A DNA stretch of 64,000 nucleotides from Sphingobacteriales bacterium. Lineage in GTDB: Bacteria > Bacteroidota > Bacteroidia > Chitinophagales > Chitinophagaceae. The position numbers and the translations under genes were made by a program. The notes beneath the pieces were generated by a model, which saw only the letters and a program-made list of their open reading frames with translations, searched no databases and was not told the origin of the DNA. The DNA lies in contig OMJB01000077.1 in the NCBI GenBank assembly GCA_900299255.1, positions 8,674-72,673 on the forward strand. The letters are read 5' to 3'. Positions within the stretch are counted from its first letter, which is position 1. Every line of letters begins with the position of its first letter. Positions 49,281-59,153 of the stretch are shown here, piece by piece.

Positions 49281-49591
49281 TTAGCGCATCAAGTAAAAGC
49301 AACAAATAATGGGTTTTGCCTTTGTTTGTGTTCCGTAATTTACAACTTTTACCGCCCTTAGAGGTCCTATTTCTAACTTGATTAATTTCCAGCTGTCTCC
49401 ATTTTTAAAGCTGTTGTGAGCAAACCAAGAGACACTGCGAATGTGAGCTATATATTACGTATTAGCCCTCTAAATTTTCGTGAATTAAAAAGTCAGGCGT
49501 TTGCTACGCCTTTTACGAATCTACTCTGCTGATCTGTTTTGTATCAAGGCATTTCTGCCAGTGGCAGAACACACAGAGCCGGTGGTGCTGG

Positions 49592-50452
49592 CTACAACGG
49601 AATATCTATTCTGATTTGTTTGGAGAACACTTTGCCGGCAGCATCTTTGCCATCTATTTTCCACATTACCGAGCGCAGGGTTACAAACAGTGGCTTCTGG
49701 TTCACAGATTTTACATTGCGCACGCTGGCCTCCCAGTCCTGTACCTTGCGGCGGCTGAAACGGTGGCGCTTGGCTGCTTTGCTCACTGCAGCATGAATAT
49801 CACTTCTGTTTGCCTCAGGCGCCTCCAGCGATTTGTCATCGAGCCCGGCAATGCGGTAAATGTTGTTGAGGCCTTTGAGCGGCTCCCAGTCGGTGGTATT
49901 GCTCAGCGATTCAAGCGGCAGCACACCCAGTTCGTTCTTCAGCACTACTACTGTCTGGTACCGCTGAGATACCTTCGTTACGTTTGATGTTACCTTGATC
50001 AGATTGCCATTGATAGTGCCACTCTGCCATGTGTACACAGCACCATTGGCATGTGACAGATCGGGTTTGCCCGATAGTTTTGCTGCAATATTGGTTATGA
50101 GCAGCGACATGATATTGAAGTCGGCTTTCAGCCCATTGCCATTAAGCGCTGCAGGAGCGGCTGGTGCCGGTTGTTTTGCGGCTACAGGTGCGGCTTTTCT
50201 GGCTGTATCCGGTGCTTTGCCTTTAGGCGGGGTTTTGGCTGCTGTTTCTTCGGTGTCTTTTGGCTCAGAAGAAGTAATGTTTGGCTTCAGGTCTGTTACC
50301 AGGTCTTGCAGGCGTTGCGGATCAGCCTCAGTTACAATGGTTGATGAGTCGCCCAAAACGATAGGCCCGTGGCTATGTGTTTCTGCATTTTTGCAGGAAA
50401 ACAAAAATACCCCCAGGGTAATCAATACCGAATATGTAAACCGCTTATCCAT
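49592..50452 (-). CDS. hypothetical lipoprotein with a Pro/Ala/Lys-rich linker
   Basis: The preferred start gives MDKRFTYSVLITLGVFLFSCKN (lipobox). There is a low-complexity EETAAKTPPKGKAPDTARKAAPVAAKQPAPAAPAA segment. No recognised domain. Confidence 0.6.
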   Translation of the reverse strand: MDKRFTYSVLITLGVFLFSCKNAETHSHGPIVLGDSSTIVTEADPQRLQDLVTDLKPNITSSEPKDTEETAAKTPPKGKAPDTARKAAPVAAKQPAPAAPAALNGNGLKADFNIMSLLITNIAAKLSGKPDLSHANGAVYTWQSGTINGNLIKVTSNVTKVSQRYQTVVVLKNELGVLPLESLSNTTDWEPLKGLNNIYRIAGLDDKSLEAPEANRSDIHAAVSKAAKRHRFSRRKVQDWEASVRNVKSVNQKPLFVTLRSVMWKIDGKDAAGKVFSKQIRIDIPL

Positions 50453-50510
50453 ACAATAGCAAATTCTCTCACGAAAGTAACGCACAAATCAGCAAAAGAC
50501 AAATAATAGG

Positions 50511-52487
50511 TTAATAACCCAGCAACCGTTGCACGCAATCGTGGAGCCTGCTGCCGGCCATAAAGGCCTGCTCCAGCTCTACTGAGAACGGCACAGGGGT
50601 ATCGAGGCTGGCACAGCGCACAACAGGCGCATCCAGCAGCTCGAAGCAATGCTCAGCTATCCAAGCTGCCAGCTCGCCACCTATACCACCCGTAAGGGTA
50701 TCCTCGTGCAGCAGCAGCACCTTGCCTGTGCGCTCCACAGAGGCCTTAATGGCGGCATAATCGAGCGGCAGCAGCGTGCGCAGGTCCAGAATATCTATAG
50801 AAACCTCAGGGTGCTTATCAGCATAATCTGCCGCCCAGTGCACACCCATGCCATAGGTAATGATGCTGAGTTCGCTGCCGGTACGCACCTGGTTGGCCTT
50901 GCCTATTTCTATAGTATAGTAGCCATCAGCTACAGGTCCGCTGATACTGCGGTACATGGCTTTGTGCTCAAAGAACATAACCGGGTTGGGATCTTCGAGC
51001 GCCGCCAGCAGCAGCCCTTTGGCATCCTCAGGCGAAGAGGGGTACACTACTTTAAGGCCGGGTGTATGCACAAACCATGCCTCATTGCACTGTGAGTGAA
51101 AAGGCCCTGCACCCACACCACCACCGGTGGGCATGCGTATCACCACATCGGCGTTCTGGCCCCAGCGGTAGTATATCTTGGCCAGGTTATTGACTATCTG
51201 GTTAAAGCCCACGGTAACAAAGTCGGCAAACTGCATTTCCATCATGGATTTGTGCCCCTTGATAGACAGGCCCAGTGCCGCACCCACTATGGCGCTTTCG
51301 CAAAGCGGGGTATTGCGCACACGCTCCTTGCCAAACTGCGATACAAATCCTTCGGTTACTTTAAAAGCACCGCCGTATTCGGCAATATCCTGACCCATAA
51401 GCACCAGATCAGGGTGCCGCTCCATGGCCTGGCGCAGTGCATCACTGATGGCGTTAATGAATTTCTTTTCGCTGGTATTACCTGTGGGTGGCACTACTTG
51501 CACACTAGCAGGCGCATACACATCGGCCAGTTCTTCGGCTGTATCCGGCACTATTGGCTGGGCCTCAAACCCACGTGCCAGGCCTTCTTCTATATCTTTC
51601 TGAATACCTTCCCTTATGGCTGCAATCTTCTTATCGTTAAGTACCAGCTGGTACTCGAGGTACTGCTCAAAATTGGCTACAGGGTCTTTGAGGCTCCACT
51701 GCTCAAACAGTTCTTTGGGTACATACTTTACACCGCTGGCTTCTTCATGGCCCCGCATCCTGAAGGTCATGCACTCAATGAGCACGGGCTTCTGCTCCCT
51801 GATGCAGTATTGCCTGGCTGCACTTACCTGACGGTACACTTCCAGTATGTTGTTGCCATCTATGGTGATGCCCTTCATGCCGTATCCTATGGCACGATCG
51901 GCAAGCTGCTTGCAAATAAATTGTTCGCTGGAGGGAGTGCTGAGCCCATAGCCGTTATTCTCCACCAGAAATATAACCGGCAACCCCCATACAGCAGCCA
52001 CATTGAGTGCCTCATGAAAATCGCCCTCACTGGTGCCACCGTCACCACTGAATGCCAGCGAGATCTTTTTTTCCTTTTTAAGTTTGTGTGCAAGGGCTAT
52101 GCCATCGGCAATAGCCAGCTGCGGCCCCAGATGGGATATCATACCACAGATATGGTATTCATTAGCCCCGAAATGAAACGACCTTTCGCGGCCTTTGCTG
52201 AACCCCTCCTTTCTGCCCTGCCACTGCATAAACAGTTTGTCGAGCGGCATATTGCGTGATGTAAACACACCCAGGTTGCGGTGCAGGGGCATGATGTATT
52301 CATCGGCATCCATGGCCATGGTAGCCCCAACAGCGATTGCCTCCTGGCCTATGCCGCTGAACCATTTGCTGATTCTGCCCTGGCGCAGCAACACGAGCAT
52401 TTTTTCTTCAATCATCCTGGGGCGCAACAGCCCGGTATATAAATGAATAAGTTGTTCGTCTGAAAAGCCTTCCCTGTCAAATTGCAT
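50511..52487 (-). CDS. fused E1 alpha/beta thiamine-diphosphate-dependent 2-oxoacid dehydrogenase component
   Basis: 658 aa. The alpha half carries the TPP motif (GDGGTSEGDFHEALNVAAVWGLPVIFLVENNGYGLST). The beta half has NTPLCESAIVGAALGLSIKG and C-terminal transketolase-like blocks. Confidence 0.85.
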   Translation of the reverse strand: MQFDREGFSDEQLIHLYTGLLRPRMIEEKMLVLLRQGRISKWFSGIGQEAIAVGATMAMDADEYIMPLHRNLGVFTSRNMPLDKLFMQWQGRKEGFSKGRERSFHFGANEYHICGMISHLGPQLAIADGIALAHKLKKEKKISLAFSGDGGTSEGDFHEALNVAAVWGLPVIFLVENNGYGLSTPSSEQFICKQLADRAIGYGMKGITIDGNNILEVYRQVSAARQYCIREQKPVLIECMTFRMRGHEEASGVKYVPKELFEQWSLKDPVANFEQYLEYQLVLNDKKIAAIREGIQKDIEEGLARGFEAQPIVPDTAEELADVYAPASVQVVPPTGNTSEKKFINAISDALRQAMERHPDLVLMGQDIAEYGGAFKVTEGFVSQFGKERVRNTPLCESAIVGAALGLSIKGHKSMMEMQFADFVTVGFNQIVNNLAKIYYRWGQNADVVIRMPTGGGVGAGPFHSQCNEAWFVHTPGLKVVYPSSPEDAKGLLLAALEDPNPVMFFEHKAMYRSISGPVADGYYTIEIGKANQVRTGSELSIITYGMGVHWAADYADKHPEVSIDILDLRTLLPLDYAAIKASVERTGKVLLLHEDTLTGGIGGELAAWIAEHCFELLDAPVVRCASLDTPVPFSVELEQAFMAGSRLHDCVQRLLGY

Positions 52488-52605
52488 ACTTTGGATTTGC
52501 GTGTAAAAGTAAGATGTAATGTGCTAAACAGTAAATGTTACTACTGCAAGGCCGTTGCTTACTTAATTTATTTAACACTTATGGGTAATCTATGCAAGCA
52601 GCCTA

Positions 52606-52642
52606 TGAAAAAGCCATACTACTTTTTGAATAATATGGCTTT
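52606..52642 (-). terminator. stem-loop after the DUF349 gene
   Basis: The minus strand reads AAAGCCATA-(15 nt)-TATGGCTTT followed by TT. The loop is long. Confidence 0.45.
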
Positions 52643-52669
52643 ATTAAAATTAACTGTATGAGTAAACGG

Positions 52670-54244
52670 CTATCCCACGGCTTCATCTGCCGCAGCAGCC
52701 GCATCCTGATTTTTGATGTCGTTTTTGGCCTGCTCCAGCTCTTTGTGTAGCTTTTTAATATTCTCCTGGCCTTCTGCCACCAGTGTTTCCAGCAGTTTTT
52801 TCAGGTCGGCAGCTTTTTTGCCTGGGGCAATAGTTGCCATATTTGCGGTAAACTCTGCTACTTTTTCTTCTTCTTCTTTAATCTCCTGTTCCAATTTGCC
52901 TACTAGCCCTCTGGCCTGAATGGCCCTCTGTACTTTATGCTCTTCGTACTGCTTTTTACGCTGATCCCTGTTTTCGTCTTTGCGATTGAAGAAGTGCTTA
53001 CGGGCGGCATTGAAATCCTCCCACATCTGATCGCCGTAGGAGCGAGGTATAGGGCCTATTTTCTTCCACTCATCCATCAGCGATATCATTTCATTGGTCG
53101 TATCTGTCCAGTTTGAAGAGTTCTTTATCCTTTCGGCCCTTTCATAAATCGCCTTCTTCAGGTTGTAGTTATTTTCCTGCTCTTCTTTTACCGACCCAAA
53201 ATGCTGTTTCTTGGCCTGAAAAAAGTAATCCTGGGCTTCGGTAAAACGCTTCCACAGTTCATCGCCCTGCTCATTGTTCACCCTGCCGGTTTTTTTCCAC
53301 TCGTCCATCATTCCCACGTATGCCTGACTGGCCTTATTCCAGTCACGGCTTTCTTTAAGTGCCTCAGCTTTCTCTACCAGTGCCAGTTTTACAGCATAGT
53401 TATGCTCCTGTTCTACCTGTATTTTGCTGCTGTGCTCCCGCTTGCGTTCAAAAAAAGTATTCTTGGCAGCCATAAACCGCTGCCACAGTTCTTCATTCTT
53501 TTTGTGGAGTGTATGACCTATTTTTTTCCATTCCTCCGTAAGGCGGTTGTAGGTTTCGGTTGTCTTTTTCCATTCGTCAGATGATGCGATTGATTCTGCC
53601 TGCTCCACCAGGTCCATCTTCAGGTCCAGATTTACGAGCATCACCTTTTCTTCATCTTCGTGGTGCAGCCTTTTACGGTCATTGAATTCTTTGCGCGCCG
53701 CTTCCACCCGGCTCCACAGTTTGTCGTTCCTGCCTTTATCCAGATTACCGGCCTGCTTCCATTTATCACTTATCTCCTTGAATGCCTGTGTTGTTTCCTT
53801 CCACTGACCGCTGTTTGCCAGGCCCTCTGCCTGCTCCACCAGCTTTAGTTTGGCGGCATGTATATCTTCAGTAAGCTGGTAAATGGTATGCTCCCATGAA
53901 TGTACCAGCAATGATGCTTTAAGGAAATCGCCAAGAGCAGCGGCATGCTGCAGGTACTCTTTAAGATGAGCCACCTTATCTGCCATTTTCATCTTATCGC
54001 TGGCTGCCAGCCATTCCACTTCTGTTTCCCTCACTCTGGATTCAACGGCATTAAAACTGTCGATCAGATTTTTAACAACCTCGTCTTTATTTTCATTAGA
54101 TACAGTGGCGATCACTCTTTCTTTCACTGCATTATTTGCAGTGAGGATTATGTCACCGTTTTCTTCGAGTTTAAATAAGTCTTTGCCTGCAAATGACTGG
54201 TCATTCCACCAGCTGATCAATTCAGAATTCTGTTCCTGCAACAT
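52670..54244 (-). CDS. DUF349 repeat protein
   Basis: 524 aa. Five or more copies of the ~75-aa unit ...W(K/N)...(E/T)....L..EWK.IG........(E/D).LW.RF..A...FF..K..., which is the DUF349 repeat as I recall it. Confidence 0.8.
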   Translation of the reverse strand: MLQEQNSELISWWNDQSFAGKDLFKLEENGDIILTANNAVKERVIATVSNENKDEVVKNLIDSFNAVESRVRETEVEWLAASDKMKMADKVAHLKEYLQHAAALGDFLKASLLVHSWEHTIYQLTEDIHAAKLKLVEQAEGLANSGQWKETTQAFKEISDKWKQAGNLDKGRNDKLWSRVEAARKEFNDRKRLHHEDEEKVMLVNLDLKMDLVEQAESIASSDEWKKTTETYNRLTEEWKKIGHTLHKKNEELWQRFMAAKNTFFERKREHSSKIQVEQEHNYAVKLALVEKAEALKESRDWNKASQAYVGMMDEWKKTGRVNNEQGDELWKRFTEAQDYFFQAKKQHFGSVKEEQENNYNLKKAIYERAERIKNSSNWTDTTNEMISLMDEWKKIGPIPRSYGDQMWEDFNAARKHFFNRKDENRDQRKKQYEEHKVQRAIQARGLVGKLEQEIKEEEEKVAEFTANMATIAPGKKAADLKKLLETLVAEGQENIKKLHKELEQAKNDIKNQDAAAAADEAVG

Positions 54245-54368
54245 ATCGGTTTTCAGTTTATCAACTATAAGCCCTGCGGGCGTAGCTGCAAGATAATACT
54301 TAATTTTAATATGCAGGTAAGGCTAGGTTACATTTTGCTATTGATACTTTTAAAGCCCGAGAAAAAAC

Positions 54369-54400
54369 AAAAAAAGGGCCAGTATCGCTACCAGCCCTTT
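54369..54400 (-). terminator. intrinsic terminator after the DUF4197 gene
   Basis: The minus strand reads AAAGGGC-(14 nt)-GCCCTTT followed by TTTT. Confidence 0.5.
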
Positions 54401-54420
54401 GCACCAGAATAATATAGTTT

Positions 54421-55179
54421 CTATTTGAATACTTTTTTAAGCAGGTCTGTAACCCTTGCTGCCGGATTGAGACGAATCTTTGCTTCTTCATCTTCTATGT
54501 AATGAAATACCCCAGCCAAGGCGCGTTCGGTTACATAAGAAGGAAGATCGGGGTTGATTTTCTTAAATGTGGTAGGCAGTTCGTTATAAGTTGTAAATAC
54601 TATACTCCAGTATTTGGTAGCATTTACTTTATCCAGCGATTCTTTGATAACAGGCTTGAATGACGAAATGAGCGCTGCAGTGGTTTTATTTTTCAGATAG
54701 TTGGTAGCAGCGTTATTACCACCTTTTAATATTGCCAGGCCATCCTGAATAGACATGCCCTTGATGGCGTTGACAAATATGGTTAATGCCTTTGTCGACG
54801 CATCTTCTGCAGCGCGGTTCATAGAAAGTATTGCATCATCCACATAATGTCCCAGGCCAATCTGCCTGAGTGTATTTTCCACCTTTTTTGCTTCAGGTGG
54901 CATCAGCACTTTTATGAGTGCATTACCAAAAAAGCCATTGAGTTTTGAAACCAGGCCTGTTGCATTTTTTGCGCCTATTTCCAGCGCTTCTCTAAGCCCC
55001 GATGCTATCTCAGACTGTGACAGCGGCCCTCCGCTGGTTCCGGTTCCGGTTTTTGATTTGACACCTTTTACGGTGCGGTCAATCGTTTTTACATAATCAC
55101 TCAGATCCTGAGCCTGTGTTTTTACATTGAGTGAACCCAGGATGGTCACCGAAATACATATCTTAAGAAGTCTGTTCAT
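54421..55179 (-). CDS. DUF4197-family secreted protein
   Basis: 252 aa. Signal peptide. LSQSEIASGLREALEIGAKNATGLVSKLNGFFGNALIKVLMPPEAKK matches my recollection of the DUF4197 N-terminal block. Confidence 0.65.
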   Translation of the reverse strand: MNRLLKICISVTILGSLNVKTQAQDLSDYVKTIDRTVKGVKSKTGTGTSGGPLSQSEIASGLREALEIGAKNATGLVSKLNGFFGNALIKVLMPPEAKKVENTLRQIGLGHYVDDAILSMNRAAEDASTKALTIFVNAIKGMSIQDGLAILKGGNNAATNYLKNKTTAALISSFKPVIKESLDKVNATKYWSIVFTTYNELPTTFKKINPDLPSYVTERALAGVFHYIEDEEAKIRLNPAARVTDLLKKVFK

Positions 55180-55260
55180 AATTGTTTCTATTGTTAATGG
55201 TGTATTTCAAAGATAGTGCCAAAATTTACAAAGCAAAAGCCAATAAATCTTTTTACTGAA

Positions 55261-57915
55261 TTACATACCCTTGCCTTCCTTCTTCTGGCCTTCCCTGCCG
55301 CCACCGCCGGGCTGGTCATTGTCATCCTTTTCCTTCAGGTTGTTTTCCCTGTCCTCATCAGATGGTTTTACTGGTTTTTTGTCTGCCTTCTCGTCTTTGC
55401 CCCTGCCTTTACCCATGCCACCGCCTTTACCAACATCTGACTTGCCAAAGCGATAAGTAAACGTCAAGTTCACCACCCTTGTCTCCTTGAGCCTGTTGAT
55501 GGATTCGTAGTAAGACGAAAGGTTGTAATTGGTTACAGAGGTGTGGGTGTTAAATATATCAGAGCAGTTCAACACAATTGTTGCCTTATTCTTCAGCAGG
55601 TTTTTTCTCAGTGCCACATCTACCCAGTAAGTTTCATTCAGGGTACCCTGAGCAATCACTTTGGGAGATTCGTAATTGGCGTTGATCTGGAAAGAGAAGT
55701 TTTTAGGCAGTTTGATGTTTGTATTGATTTTTCCAAACCAGCTGCTACCGCTCTTGTCTGTAAGGTATTTCTTGTATGCAGTATCTTTCAGATCGCCTAT
55801 TGACAATTCGTTCTGGAAAAAGTTCAGATTGATGGTAGCATCCCAAAAAGGAAGGAGCTGAAAATGTCCTGTGCCTTCCAGCCCGTAGGTGGTACCGGAT
55901 GTCAGGTTCACCGGCTGCGACAGCAGTTTACCCACATCATTCTTCAGGCCTAGTGTTGTATCGGCCAGTGTTATGCTACGGGGTACCCTTTGCGTAATAT
56001 TCTCTGTCTGGGCATAATACACGCTGGCAATGAAATTGTTGCCTTTTTTATCAGATCGGTTGTAACTAAACTCAATGTTATTGATAAACTCTGGCTTCAG
56101 GTCAGGATTACCCATGTTTACTGTACCCGGATTTGAATAATCTTTAAAAGGCAGCAGCTGCATAAAGCCCGGCCTGTTTACACGCCTGCTGTAGTTGAGG
56201 TAAACACTCTGCTGGTGAGCAAACTGATAGGAAATAAATGCAGATGGGAACAAATTGGCAAAGCTGCTCTGAAACTCAGCATAGTTAGGTATACTGCCGG
56301 AGCCTTCATAAATGGCATCTTCGAAACGAAGACCAGCCTGATAGGAGAATTTGCCAAGCTGGTCATTCCAGTTTACGTAGGCAGCATGAGTTTGCTGGCT
56401 GTATTTGAATTTAGAATACAGGCTTGCATCAAATGTTGTAACACCTTTTGATGTAACCGTAGGGTCATCTTCGCTGTTGAACCAATAAAACTGTGATTTA
56501 AAACCAAGCCCCAGTTTGCCGTTTTTGGTAAAAAGCGGATCGGTATAATCAGCCCAAACGTTCAGGCTGCTGTTACCACCATTAGCCGGAGCACTGGAAC
56601 TGCTGGTGTCCAGATTATTATTCTGAATAGTAGTAAACTGCTGATGCCTGTTGAAATCGGTATGGGCATATGTTGCATCCACACTAAGTTCTTCGTCCTT
56701 CTTCTTAAACTTCCGCTTGTAATCTAAAGCCGATGAAATCGAAAAAATATTCACGTAGAAATCAGTTGCCCTATTCTGGTGTGAGGCAATATGGGAAGTA
56801 ATATTATCAGGGTTTTCAAGTGAATCATTGTAAACAAAATAATCTGAATAGTCTTTGTAGCCAAACTGCATCCTGTTGATGTTTTCCGTCAGTGTGATGG
56901 AATTATATTTATCAGGATCGAAAGTAGCGCCAAGGGTATTAAAGAACCCTCCAAAATGGCGTGGTGAGTGTTCAAAAGTTCTGTAAGACCTGTGTACGGT
57001 TTGTGTATCGGCAGGGGCAAAAACCACGCGTGTAGAATCTCTGTCAACACGGTCAGTAGTGATATCGTTGTAAGTTTTGTTGAGCCTGTAGCTGCTGTTC
57101 AGAAATACGTTCCACTTGCCTTTTCTGAGGTTCAGTCCCAGATTGCCGTTGTATTTATCGTTAGTACCCGCGCCAAGTGTAAGGTTTCCGTTAAAGCCCA
57201 GCCTGCCATCTTTTTTCGTAATGATATTGATGATGCCTGTTGTACCCTGTGCATCGTATTTAGACGAAGGATTGGTAATAACCTCAACACTTTCAATGCT
57301 GCTTGCAGGAAGGCTCTGCAGAGCGGAAGTCACATCAGACCCGAGCATGGTAGCCGGCTTGCCGTCTATGAGTATGGTTACATCACTTTTACCACGCAGG
57401 CTCACAGACCCATCTGTGGACACGGAAACAGATGGTACATTCTGCAGTACATCGGTCGCGCTTCCGCCGGCTGTTGTGGTATTCTTATCTACGTTAAATA
57501 CCTTTTTATCTACCCTGAGCTCCATTACATTTTTCTCACCCACCACGCTCACTTCCTTCAGGCTTTTCTCAGAAGCAGATAGTTTTACTTTACCCAGTTT
57601 TTTGTCCTGGGCATCTGCGGTAATGTCAAAGCCTACAATTTTTTTGGCATACCCCATTGCTTCTATACGCAGCAGAAAACTACCTGTACCAGTAGGCGCA
57701 ATCCGGAAGGAGCCATCATCTGTTGACAAGTCACCGTTTACAATAGAAGAATCCATTCGCAGCAGGGTTACTGTAGCATAAGAAAGCGGATTATTACCGG
57801 GATCTAAAAGCTTACCGGTTACACTGCCGGTGGTGGGCTTAGCCGTCTGTGCGAACCCGACAGATTGCAGCAAAATGGATGAAAAGAGTAAAAAAATAAA
57901 AGTATTATGTCGCAT
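55261..57915 (-). CDS. TonB-dependent-receptor-like outer membrane beta-barrel protein with a CarboxypepD_reg-like N-domain and a charged C-terminal tail
   Basis: The preferred start gives the signal peptide MRHNTFIFLLFSSILLQSVGFAQ. GSVTGKLLDPGNNPLSYATVTLL (carboxypeptidase-regulatory-like), a plug-like region (VLQNVPSVSVSTDGSVSLRG), a long beta-strand-rich barrel, a terminal-strand-like NLTFTYRF, then a 61-aa G/K/D/E tail. Confidence 0.8.
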   Translation of the reverse strand: MRHNTFIFLLFSSILLQSVGFAQTAKPTTGSVTGKLLDPGNNPLSYATVTLLRMDSSIVNGDLSTDDGSFRIAPTGTGSFLLRIEAMGYAKKIVGFDITADAQDKKLGKVKLSASEKSLKEVSVVGEKNVMELRVDKKVFNVDKNTTTAGGSATDVLQNVPSVSVSTDGSVSLRGKSDVTILIDGKPATMLGSDVTSALQSLPASSIESVEVITNPSSKYDAQGTTGIINIITKKDGRLGFNGNLTLGAGTNDKYNGNLGLNLRKGKWNVFLNSSYRLNKTYNDITTDRVDRDSTRVVFAPADTQTVHRSYRTFEHSPRHFGGFFNTLGATFDPDKYNSITLTENINRMQFGYKDYSDYFVYNDSLENPDNITSHIASHQNRATDFYVNIFSISSALDYKRKFKKKDEELSVDATYAHTDFNRHQQFTTIQNNNLDTSSSSAPANGGNSSLNVWADYTDPLFTKNGKLGLGFKSQFYWFNSEDDPTVTSKGVTTFDASLYSKFKYSQQTHAAYVNWNDQLGKFSYQAGLRFEDAIYEGSGSIPNYAEFQSSFANLFPSAFISYQFAHQQSVYLNYSRRVNRPGFMQLLPFKDYSNPGTVNMGNPDLKPEFINNIEFSYNRSDKKGNNFIASVYYAQTENITQRVPRSITLADTTLGLKNDVGKLLSQPVNLTSGTTYGLEGTGHFQLLPFWDATINLNFFQNELSIGDLKDTAYKKYLTDKSGSSWFGKINTNIKLPKNFSFQINANYESPKVIAQGTLNETYWVDVALRKNLLKNKATIVLNCSDIFNTHTSVTNYNLSSYYESINRLKETRVVNLTFTYRFGKSDVGKGGGMGKGRGKDEKADKKPVKPSDEDRENNLKEKDDNDQPGGGGREGQKKEGKGM

Positions 57916-58040
57916 TTTTGCAGTATAGAAAAACAAATGTGCGGTTTATTCGAGATAACCGTTTTTTGGCGGGGATAAAGTATTGTTAATTATTAGTCAA
58001 AGCACAAAAGCGCCCGACTTACATACTGATAAATCTAATT

Positions 58041-58985
58041 TTATAGTCTGATTTTTTCCTCTGTCAGATAGGCGTTGCGGTCGGCGGCATTGCGAACCAC
58101 CAATTCTGCTACAAACCCGGTGAAAAAACACAATGTTCCCAACACCATCACTGTGAGGGAAATATAGAAGGCAGGTTTGTTGGTGAGCGGTATATTATTC
58201 TGAAGCTTATCTACCACCAGCCATGCTATAAGAACAAAACCCAAAAAGAAAATAAGCGAACCCAGTGCACCAAACAAATGCATTGGTTTTTTGCCAAAAC
58301 GGCTCACGAATTGTATGGAAAGCAAATCAAGGAAACCATTGATAAACCTTTCCCAGCCAAATTTTGAAACTCCGTATTTCCTTGGCCTGTGCTGCACTAC
58401 TTTCTCGCCAATACGGTTGAAACCGGCATGCTTGGCCAGCACCGGAATGAAACGATGCATTTCACCATATACCTCTATACTCTTCACTACTTTACGGCGG
58501 TAGGCTTTAAGTCCGCAGTTCATGTCGTGCAGCTTTATGCCGCTAAACCACCTGTTAACGCCATTATACAGCTTGGAAGGGAGGTTTTTTGTGAGGGCAT
58601 TGTCGTAACGAACTTTTTTCCAGCCACTCACCAGATCATAGCCTTCTTCGGTTACCATTTTATACAGGCCTGGTATCTCATCAGGGCTATCCTGCAGATC
58701 AGCATCCATAGTAATCACCACGTTACCGGTAGCGGCCTTGAAACCTTCATACAGCGCCGGGCTCTTGCCGTAATTCCTCTGAAACTTTATTCCTTTGATA
58801 TTTGGATTCTTCTCCGAAAGCTGCTTAACGATATTCCAGCTGTTATCACGGCTGCCGTCGTCTATCATCAACACCTCATAGGTAAACTTATTTTCGGTAC
58901 ATACCTTTTCAATCCACGCCAGTAATTCAGGCAGAGACTCCTCTTCGTTGTACAAGGGTATGACTATAGATATATCAGGTGGCAT
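58041..58985 (-). CDS. family 2 glycosyltransferase (polyprenol-phosphate sugar synthase-like) with C-terminal TM helices
   Basis: 314 aa. ISIVIPLYNEEESL, MIDDGSRDNS, TMDADLQDSP (DxD), and two C-terminal TM helices. Confidence 0.85.
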   Translation of the reverse strand: MPPDISIVIPLYNEEESLPELLAWIEKVCTENKFTYEVLMIDDGSRDNSWNIVKQLSEKNPNIKGIKFQRNYGKSPALYEGFKAATGNVVITMDADLQDSPDEIPGLYKMVTEEGYDLVSGWKKVRYDNALTKNLPSKLYNGVNRWFSGIKLHDMNCGLKAYRRKVVKSIEVYGEMHRFIPVLAKHAGFNRIGEKVVQHRPRKYGVSKFGWERFINGFLDLLSIQFVSRFGKKPMHLFGALGSLIFFLGFVLIAWLVVDKLQNNIPLTNKPAFYISLTVMVLGTLCFFTGFVAELVVRNAADRNAYLTEEKIRL

Positions 58986-59153
58986 CAGGTGCTAAAATAC
59001 GGGATTTTATTATCCCCTGCCAACCTAAAGAAGTACCTTTTTGCGGGGAAGGGTCAATATTTTTCAATTTTTAACAATAAAAATCAATATAAACTCACGT
59101 GATGAACGTAAATACTAGGCGTTGCTCAAAACTGTTTTATATTCATTCTTACT

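Noticed and set aside
51096-52259. A 387-aa plus-strand ORF lies antisense to the fused E1 dehydrogenase gene.
   Set aside because: The minus-strand product has clear TPP-enzyme motifs. The plus-strand translation is low-complexity (H/L/G/Y-rich). It is a shadow ORF.
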